Positions 57,497-64,000 of a stretch of DNA of 64,000 nucleotides are shown here, piece after piece; the first letter of the stretch is position 1, and every line of letters begins with the position of its first letter. The stretch lies in the NCBI GenBank assembly GCA_965229495.1, contig OZ245880.1:518603-582602 (forward strand), in the 5' to 3' direction. A program made the translations under genes and the position numbers. The notes beneath the pieces are model-generated. The model saw nothing but the letters and a program-made list of their open reading frames with translations, searched no databases and was not told the origin of the DNA. The DNA is from Gammaproteobacteria bacterium (lineage in GTDB: Bacteria > Pseudomonadota > Gammaproteobacteria > CBDBNL01 > G965229495).

Positions 57497-58717
57497 TCAA
57501 ACCAACCAACGCGCTAGCTCTTGCATCACGTAGTTGAGCGGCAGGCGTTCTTGCTCGAGTCTGCTGCCGTGGTAGTGGCCGGAGCGCAGGCGGTTGAATA
57601 AGGCTATTTCTTGTTCGGTCAAGGCTATGGGAGCTTGGGCGACGGAATCGGGTTCGGCGACCATGCGCTCGGCGAAGGCTTCGACTGTGGCTTCGTCCAT
57701 CATCAGCGCGGTAATGCTGCTGAGTTTGGCTCTAGCGTCGCTGAGTATGCGCAGGCCCTCGGAGTCGATATCGCCCCAGTAGCCGACGTTCTTAGCGCTC
57801 AACCATTCAGCCTGCAGCCAAGCGACATTACTACCGCCACCAGCGACCGCTACCGTGTCGCGAATAGTGCCCAGCGCCAGGCAGGATTGCTCGTTCTCGA
57901 TTACCAGGATGTTGCTCGCGGGCAACTCGAACTCTTGCAGAGTATCGGCAGACAAGCGCAACAGCGGCACGCCACCGAGCAAGCCTTTAGTTTGCGCGCA
58001 CAGCGGCTTGACCAGCAGCCAGTGTTTCGGCTTCTCACGGCAATCCAACCAATTGAGCAAGCCGACTTGCTTAGCTGCCTGATCGATAAGCGCCGCGACT
58101 ATGGCTTCGATTATGCGCCGATTAGCCTCGATAAACTTGGTGTCGACGTCGGTTACTGGTAGCGCCCTCAAGTAGCAGCCCTGCCCCAGCGCTGGCTTGA
58201 GTTGTGGTATTAGTTTTATTAATAGTTTGAGCTCGCTCGCTTTGAAATCCTCGACGATTTCAAGATGGGCGATGAGCGCTTGAAACAATTCGCGCTCGCA
58301 GTCAACTCTTGCCTCGGTGCCGATTGCCTCTAAGAGCGCGTCAATAAGGTGCTTGATCCGGCCCTGCCACTGGCGCAATTGGCGCTCGGCGTCAGCGCCG
58401 AGCAAGCTCGCCAGCGTGGCGATATCGGGGATGACCAGAGAAGCTGGCACTTCCTGATAGCCCAGCGCGCGATAGCTGTGGCGTTGCCACTGCACCAAGT
58501 CCGGTCGCGCGAAGCCGCGCCAGGACGCGATAAGCTCTTGAAAGCGACCAATATCTGCCAACGCCGCGTTACCCTTGGGTGGCTTTAAGGCGATCGCCAA
58601 GGGAAAGCCAGCATCGCTGCCGAGCAGGATTTTGAGCTTAGTGTAGTTCTGCCAATGCTCAGCTCTTAGGCGAGCGATAACATCCTCAGGTAGTAGGCCC
58701 CATTTCGATCTAGACAC
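57497..58717 (-). CDS. jetD: Wadjet JetD (DUF3322 / DUF2220 toprim-like nuclease subunit)
   Basis: 406 aa. The C-terminal toprim-like motifs ILVIENEQSCLAL (Glu) and YWGDIDSEGLRI (DxD) are characteristic of JetD/MksG. It sits immediately downstream of, and overlaps, the SMC-like gene. Confidence 0.7.
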   Translation of the reverse strand: MSRSKWGLLPEDVIARLRAEHWQNYTKLKILLGSDAGFPLAIALKPPKGNAALADIGRFQELIASWRGFARPDLVQWQRHSYRALGYQEVPASLVIPDIATLASLLGADAERQLRQWQGRIKHLIDALLEAIGTEARVDCERELFQALIAHLEIVEDFKASELKLLIKLIPQLKPALGQGCYLRALPVTDVDTKFIEANRRIIEAIVAALIDQAAKQVGLLNWLDCREKPKHWLLVKPLCAQTKGLLGGVPLLRLSADTLQEFELPASNILVIENEQSCLALGTIRDTVAVAGGGSNVAWLQAEWLSAKNVGYWGDIDSEGLRILSDARAKLSSITALMMDEATVEAFAERMVAEPDSVAQAPIALTEQEIALFNRLRSGHYHGSRLEQERLPLNYVMQELARWLV

Positions 58718-61700
58718 TATTGAGCTCGACGCCGCTGGCTTGCAATTCGGTAACTATGGCCGCTTGCCTGTGCTCGGCCATGCGTCGATCAATTTCCTCC
58801 CAAGTAACTTCGCACAGATGGCTTTCGTGCAATTCGGCGTCGCGCTCGGCGATCAGCAAAGACCGCGCCGATTCGCGTGCCAGATTGAGGTTTTTGTACG
58901 GCGTGATTAAGTTGACGTGGATATGCAGCTCCTTGAACACCCGCAGCACTCTGCGGCTGACGGCTTCGGCGGTATTGGAAAAGGCTTCGTCCAAAAACAC
59001 CGTGCAATACAGCGGGCGGTCGCAACCATCCGGCGTCAGCACGTAGGCGAGGCTCGCGGCGACTATAGTGCCAGCGAAGGATTCTTTCTCGCCGCCGGAT
59101 TTGCCGCTGCTCGATTCGAGCACGTCGCGGACATTGAGATTTTGCGTGTCAATTTCCTCCGCATAGAACGACATTTGATACCTGGGGTCGAGCAGGCGCA
59201 AGCTCTCCAAGGTGCTGGAAGTAACCGAGGCGCTGGCCTTCTCCAGAATCTCGACCACCTCCGCCAAAAGCTGAAAACGCGCTTCGTGATCGTCGCTGGT
59301 CGCCTGGCTCAAAGCGCTGCGTACTTTGCGCTCGAAGTCCTGGACGTGCGGGTATTTTTCCCGCTTTGAGCCCAGCTTCAAATGACTACCCTGCTTGAAC
59401 TCGGTGCGCTGCAGCACGCTATTGATAGTATCGATGCGCTCTAAGATATCTTCTCGCTCTGATTCGAGCTTAGTTTTAATTCGCGCTAGCGATTGAGTGG
59501 CGTGCTTATTGAGGCGCTCTTTGAACTGACCAATCAGCTCGGGCAAACCTTCTTTTTCAATGTAAGAGTAATGATCCAAATAATATTGCAGGCCGTCTAA
59601 ACCAGTAGCCCAATCGACAGTGAGGGGCTGCCATTTATCGCGACCGCGAAAAGAGCTCATAGTGCCATTAGCGGCGTTCTCGGCGGCACTCTTCGCCAAA
59701 CGCTCTTTTTCTAACTCGCTATCTAAAGCACGAGCTAGTTCGGCTTGGCGCCCAGAATTGGCAATAGTTACTACGCCCACTCTCGCCGCCAATAGCTGTC
59801 TTACTTCGTCATTCATTCCCACCGCCGCCAGTTGGCGATACTTCTCGGACTGCTGCTCGGCGTGTTGTTTAGTGTTGCTCAAAGAGCCCTTTTGCGTCAG
59901 GAGTTGGCCTTTGTTGGTTTGTATCTGTTGTAGTTGCTCTTTGGCAGCATCCCATCTGCTCTTGGCTAGCTCCAGGCTGCCACCAGCTTGCTGCAGAGCC
60001 GCCAGATCGGCTTGCACGCTATCCAAACGACTTTGCCAATAGGGTGCGTTGACCTGCTGCCAGGAGTAGGCAGCGACGCGCTGCCAAAGGTTGGCGCTGG
60101 CATTAACTTTATCGAGCGCCGCCCTAGCCTTGACCGAGCTGGCTTCGAGTTCCGCCAACAGACGCTCGGCTGCTTGCCGGTCGTTGTTCAAAAGTGCCAA
60201 GCGCGATTTATTGGAAAAGCCCAAGCTCCAACTGCGCCGATCGTCGATCTTGCGCTGGTCTTTCTTTTCAAAGCGGCCTTGCTGCATATGCATCAGGCCT
60301 TCTTGAGTCATCGAGAACGGCGTGGCGTCGAGCTCGTCGGTACCAGACACGCAGCGCAGATCAAACTTATGCAAATGGCTTTTGAGCCAATCGCGGTACT
60401 GGTGCTCTTTCCACACCAGCTTGCGCAGAAAGCCGCGCTCGTTAAATTCAACGAAGCCTTTATGCTCGGCAATATTCTGCCCAACAACCTGGGCGCGCAC
60501 GTGCAGCCCAGTATGGCGCACGTTGAGCCAGCGCGTTACCATCGAGTAGCTCTTGTGCGGCACCAAAAGCGTAGTGCGGAGCCCGCCGAGCGCGCGTTCG
60601 ATGGCGCCTTGCCAGGACTTTTCACTGTCTTTAACATCAAGCAACTCACCGATAAATACCAACTCGTCGTCGCCTAGATCAAGCGACTCGCTCATGGCAT
60701 CGCGGAGCTGCTGATAATTGACGGCGATATTGGAATCGGGGCGCGCCTCGATCTCGCGAATCTCGTCGTTAATAGCGCTCAAGGCTTGCTGCTGTTGGCT
60801 GAATTGCGCGGCGGCTTCGCCAAAATTGTCTTGGACGCGCTTGGTGTCGTCGGCTATTTTCTCCAGCCTTTCAGTAGCAGCGCGCTTATTGGCAATGAAT
60901 AGCTCTTCATTAAGCTCAGCGTCTAACTCTAATTCGCGGCAGTCTTTTTGATAACTTGAAGACGCTTGGATGACTGAGCTGAGTTTGTCTTGGGCGTGTT
61001 GGATGTCTTTTTGTAAAGACTCGATTTTATCGCCGCCCAGGTTGAGATATTCCTCGTGACGCTTTTCTACTGCGGCTTGCGCGTCTTGCTCCTCTATCTC
61101 AACCTTACTAATAGACCGTGCTAAGGCTTCTAACTCGGATTCTAACTCGCTCAACTTCGCCAACCATAGTGCCGCGAGAGCTTCGGCGAAATAAACGCTG
61201 AGGTGGTCTTTCTCTAGCTGCAATTGCTCCAGCGCCTGCTTGGCTGCCGAGATGGTCTCGGCGAGTTCGGGCAAGCGGCGCAAATGCTCAAACTGCTCTC
61301 GAGCATCTATTAGCTGCTCGTGGATTGCCACCAGGTCGGCAAACTCTTCGACTACTTTACGCGCGTCTTCTTTTACTCCGCTGGGCTCCAGCACTAACTC
61401 GCGGATGAGCTTGGTAAGGTCGTCGATCTTCTTGAGGCCGAGCGCGCGCGATAACAGAGCCGGGGCGTTCTTATTATCCATGCACAAGTGCTTGCGGTAT
61501 AGCTCTTGATAATCGGTGAAATTGCTATCGCAATCGGTGACGGCTGGGTCATCGCGTAGCCATTGTTTCAATTGCCGCGTATTGCCTTCGGCAAAGGCAT
61601 CGAGTAATTCCTTGAGCTGCATGTTGCGCTCGGCGACCACGTAAACTCGCTTGACGTCGCTCAGGGCATTAGTAGCGCTGGTAATCCAAAACAACGCTGC

Positions 61701-62108
61701 CAGAACAATGCTCGAACCATCGTCGCACTGGTATAGCGCCAGCAATCCAGTAACCACGGCTTTCTCGCGTTTGCTCTTGACGCGCGTGGCCGAACCATCG
61801 TGCGCCGAGCCAAAGCTACCGCGCATGTACGACAACAGCGACCTGTCAGAACGATCGCCTTGAGCTGCGGCGACGTTAAAGGTGGCTTTGCCAGCGGGCA
61901 GCAGCAGCGCCATCAAGCCATCGATAAAAGTCGATTTACCCGAACCGTTATCGCCGGTTACCAGGGTGCCGTCAGGGTCTATAGCCGCAGTGTGCAAGCC
62001 GTGGAAAGAGCCCCAGTTGTAAACCGAAAGCTTAGCCAGCCTTATCTGCCCTTGGTGCCCTGGGGGAAATAAGCTCATTGGCTGCGGGGCACTGACTCTA
62101 TTAGTCAT
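58710..62108 (-). CDS. jetC: Wadjet JetC (MukB/SMC-like ATPase)
   Basis: 1132 aa with the N-terminal motif LSVYNWGSF plus Walker A GDNGSGKST, about 800 aa of coiled-coil, and a C-terminal Walker B/D-loop CTVFLDEAFS. The true start may be the Met 10 codons in (62078). Confidence 0.8.
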   Translation of the reverse strand: MTNRVSAPQPMSLFPPGHQGQIRLAKLSVYNWGSFHGLHTAAIDPDGTLVTGDNGSGKSTFIDGLMALLLPAGKATFNVAAAQGDRSDRSLLSYMRGSFGSAHDGSATRVKSKREKAVVTGLLALYQCDDGSSIVLAALFWITSATNALSDVKRVYVVAERNMQLKELLDAFAEGNTRQLKQWLRDDPAVTDCDSNFTDYQELYRKHLCMDNKNAPALLSRALGLKKIDDLTKLIRELVLEPSGVKEDARKVVEEFADLVAIHEQLIDAREQFEHLRRLPELAETISAAKQALEQLQLEKDHLSVYFAEALAALWLAKLSELESELEALARSISKVEIEEQDAQAAVEKRHEEYLNLGGDKIESLQKDIQHAQDKLSSVIQASSSYQKDCRELELDAELNEELFIANKRAATERLEKIADDTKRVQDNFGEAAAQFSQQQQALSAINDEIREIEARPDSNIAVNYQQLRDAMSESLDLGDDELVFIGELLDVKDSEKSWQGAIERALGGLRTTLLVPHKSYSMVTRWLNVRHTGLHVRAQVVGQNIAEHKGFVEFNERGFLRKLVWKEHQYRDWLKSHLHKFDLRCVSGTDELDATPFSMTQEGLMHMQQGRFEKKDQRKIDDRRSWSLGFSNKSRLALLNNDRQAAERLLAELEASSVKARAALDKVNASANLWQRVAAYSWQQVNAPYWQSRLDSVQADLAALQQAGGSLELAKSRWDAAKEQLQQIQTNKGQLLTQKGSLSNTKQHAEQQSEKYRQLAAVGMNDEVRQLLAARVGVVTIANSGRQAELARALDSELEKERLAKSAAENAANGTMSSFRGRDKWQPLTVDWATGLDGLQYYLDHYSYIEKEGLPELIGQFKERLNKHATQSLARIKTKLESEREDILERIDTINSVLQRTEFKQGSHLKLGSKREKYPHVQDFERKVRSALSQATSDDHEARFQLLAEVVEILEKASASVTSSTLESLRLLDPRYQMSFYAEEIDTQNLNVRDVLESSSGKSGGEKESFAGTIVAASLAYVLTPDGCDRPLYCTVFLDEAFSNTAEAVSRRVLRVFKELHIHVNLITPYKNLNLARESARSLLIAERDAELHESHLCEVTWEEIDRRMAEHRQAAIVTELQASGVELNSV

Positions 62109-62144
62109 TGACTGATCAATTCTGGATAACCTAACGTTATGAGT

Positions 62145-62196
62145 GCAAACTCGGCAAATTCTCGCACACCGGATTTACCATGCGCCGCTAGAAAGG
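62145..62196. repeat. 52-bp repeat, copy 2 (core ACCGGATTTACCATGCGC)
   Basis: See copy 1 at 44401-44452. It lies in the 185-bp gap between the Rpn-like gene and jetC. Confidence 0.6.
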
Positions 62197-62293
62197 TCGT
62201 CTACGGCACTATCTACGTGGTGGGCAAGGTGCTGCGCTGCAGGGCGACGGTGAAGTCTGTGTTAATTTGTGCTTTGTTACAAACTGAGGTAGC

Positions 62294-63097
62294 TCAGCCC
62301 AGCATTCGCCGAACCTGAGACTCAGTTAGCTCTAAATCATGGGCAATTTCTGCCAAAGAGATACCGCGCTGGGCTAAGGCGGTTACGGCTTTTTGTAGCC
62401 CCTTCTGCTCACCTCGCTCCATGCCTCGCTCCATGCCTCGTTCCATGGCGAGTTGGTAAATGCCGAGTTTTTCTACTTCTATGAACATTGCGGAAGTCTC
62501 CTTAACCAAATGTTGTAAGTCGCGATTGGTCGCCAAAATATCGAGCATAACCAAGCTGTCACGCAGACTGTCAAATTGGTCTCCGTGTAAACGCCTTAAT
62601 TTGCTCGTTATCTCAGCAACTAGAGCGCGGGGATCGCGACCTTTGAAGTCGCAAAGTATAGCCAATACCAGGGCGTCCGGGTTGGCTGAATTCAGAAAGT
62701 CTTTGCTGTCGTGTTTGCTTAGATCTAAAATCTGGTAGCAATAGTGCCAGTCAGGATTTTGTATGTGGTCGGGTATGGTCAGATCGGCTTTGCCCATATA
62801 TAGCAGGTATTGCTTGATGTCTTCGCCAGGGTAGGTGAGCGCCAAGTCGGTGTAATAGCGCAACATGCGGATAGGGAAATGAGCCTGGTTGTCGTTTTGT
62901 ATCTCTACGTGCAGGAGGTAACTTTTACCTTCGATGTCTTTAACGCGGGCAACCAGATCGGCGCGCTTACCTTCAATGCGAGGTTGCTCGGTGTCGAGGG
63001 GTTCGGCATCGACGATATTGAGTTCAAATAGCTGGGTGCTAAACTCAACCAGGAGGCGCTTGAGTATCTTTTTAGAGATGAGGTCTTTGTTGGGCAT
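62294..63097 (-). CDS. Rpn-family (YhgA-like) PD-(D/E)XK recombination-promoting nuclease / putative transposase
   Basis: 267 aa with the N-terminal nuclease core (...GKRADLVARV...YLLHVEIQND...) and the family's characteristic C-terminal short tandem repeats (MERGMERGMERGEQKG). Confidence 0.65.
   Translation of the reverse strand: MPNKDLISKKILKRLLVEFSTQLFELNIVDAEPLDTEQPRIEGKRADLVARVKDIEGKSYLLHVEIQNDNQAHFPIRMLRYYTDLALTYPGEDIKQYLLYMGKADLTIPDHIQNPDWHYCYQILDLSKHDSKDFLNSANPDALVLAILCDFKGRDPRALVAEITSKLRRLHGDQFDSLRDSLVMLDILATNRDLQHLVKETSAMFIEVEKLGIYQLAMERGMERGMERGEQKGLQKAVTALAQRGISLAEIAHDLELTESQVRRMLG
62394..62438. repeat. 12-bp x3 tandem coding repeat (CCTCGCTCCATG) inside the Rpn-like gene
   Basis: Seen directly; encodes (MERG)x3 on the minus strand. 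Confidence 0.5.
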
Positions 63098-63115
63098 TGA
63101 AGCTTGGGGGCATGG

Positions 63116-63925
63116 TTAATCGGTCTCGTCATCGTTATTCAAGAGCGGCGGCGCTAAGCCAGCGTTCTCAGCCAATTGCAGATACTCAGCCAGCATGGAT
63201 TCCAAAAAGCTGGCGCTGACCACGTAGCGAATGATCGGGGTAATTTCGTATCTATCTTCGGTGCCGCGAATGCTCGATAGCACTTTGCGGCGCACCATTT
63301 CTTTCACCCTCGCCAAGAGCTTGCGCCGATCTTTGGAGGCGTAATCGGTAATCGGCAGAAATGGCGCCAGGTACGATTCGAGGCGCTCGACGTCTATGGT
63401 GATCTTTTGCTCGCCAGCGGATTCTCGATCCTGGTAGTGTTTGCGGAGCACCAGCAAGATCAGAGTATCGTAGAGCGACAGCGCCCTTCGGGTAATCAAG
63501 GTGGTCGATTCTTCGGCTTGCTCCTCGGCATCCGGCTCGGCTTCAGCATCGTCGTGCTCGTTCTGATACGCCGAGCTGGCGACAAAGGCCACGCCGCTTT
63601 TTTGATCGAGCACTAGCTGCAGATAGACCGCCGCCAAGTGCTTGCGGATAGCGAGCTCGTGGCGACACAGCGACTCGAACAGCTTGGCCTTTTGCGCTGC
63701 CAGCACCGAGCCTTGGCGCAGCAAATACACTAGCGCGCGCCGAGCATCATGCGGCATAGCCGAATCGCTGGGGTTTACGCCCTCGCCTGCTGCGATCCCT
63801 TCAACCTCTGCTACACCACCGACCTCTGCCTCTGCCAGCTCGGCAAAGTCATTAAGCGCTTTGCCCGCCACCTCATCGCCAGCGCTGGCTTTGCCAGTAA
63901 CCAGGGTAAAGAAACTATCAGCCAT
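63116..63925 (-). CDS. jetB: Wadjet JetB (MukE-like kleisin-associated subunit, DUF4194-like)
   Basis: 269-aa acidic protein. Its start ATG overlaps the stop of the upstream ORF (TAATG) and it lies upstream of jetC, consistent with the jetA-jetB-jetC-jetD order. Confidence 0.55.
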   Translation of the reverse strand: MADSFFTLVTGKASAGDEVAGKALNDFAELAEAEVGGVAEVEGIAAGEGVNPSDSAMPHDARRALVYLLRQGSVLAAQKAKLFESLCRHELAIRKHLAAVYLQLVLDQKSGVAFVASSAYQNEHDDAEAEPDAEEQAEESTTLITRRALSLYDTLILLVLRKHYQDRESAGEQKITIDVERLESYLAPFLPITDYASKDRRKLLARVKEMVRRKVLSSIRGTEDRYEITPIIRYVVSASFLESMLAEYLQLAENAGLAPPLLNNDDETD

Positions 63926-64000
63926 TACAGCGACAACTCATCGATATTCTCTGGAAACAAATCCAGCGATAGCAGATAAGTCGGTATCGACGCCCGCAGG
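63922..64000 (-). CDS. jetA: C-terminal end of the upstream gene, presumably Wadjet JetA (MukF-like); rest lies beyond the window
   Basis: Only the last 26 codons (...LRASIPTYLLSLDLFPENIDELSL*) are visible. The call rests on operon position and stop/start overlap with jetB. Confidence 0.3.

Noticed and set aside
44401-62196. The two 52-bp direct repeats as attL/attR of a 17.8-kb integrated element
   Set aside because: The interval contains GC-rich core-like genes (amidase, ABC importer, paaABCDE). Such an island would also cut through the Wadjet operon between jetC and the Rpn/jetB genes. A dispersed repeat family is more likely.
1-64000. CRISPR arrays, tRNA/rRNA genes
   Set aside because: No array of regularly spaced direct repeats and no tRNA-like cloverleaf or T-loop (GGTTCGAATCC-type) or rRNA signatures were recognised by eye. 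A tRNAscan or Infernal run would be needed to be certain.

Overview
This 64 kb window is a roughly 60% GC gammaproteobacterial chromosomal segment. Most of it is housekeeping: icd-greA, lgt, a purM / purN-purF / purD operon, rluC-ksgA-apaG, mutL-miaA, tpx, polA, dxs and a TolC-family outer-membrane channel. The phenylacetate (paa) catabolon is split into two loci: fadB-like / paaZ / paaG / paaI / paaK plus a LuxR-type regulator at 3.9-11.3 kb, and paaABCDE-paaY at 53.2-57.3 kb. Between them sits an amidase with a Liv-type ABC importer. Accessory content is concentrated in 38.4-47.3 kb and at the right edge. It comprises a hipBA toxin-antitoxin pair; an intact IS3-family element (orfA / -1 frameshift / orfB) that appears nested inside an older IS3-family remnant; a Fic-family pseudogene fragment; and an intact GC-rich marC, of which an inverted 3' copy lies at 3.8 kb. 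It also includes three AT-rich islets (27.6-29.1, 43.2-44.6 and 45.25-47.26 kb) carrying uncharacterised genes, among them a two-gene cassette encoding an unknown 211-aa protein and a 238-aa PIN-like protein. The right edge holds a Wadjet (jetA partial, jetB, jetC, jetD) SMC-like anti-plasmid system. An Rpn-family (YhgA-like) PD-(D/E)XK nuclease/transposase gene is inserted between jetB and jetC. A 52-bp repeat has one copy next to this insertion and a second copy 17.7 kb away next to an AT-rich islet. Also notable are an in-frame PurN-PurF fusion, a single-copy class I Fic gene, an orphan HicB, and two ABC ATPases that lack permease partners. I recognised no rRNA, tRNA or CRISPR array.
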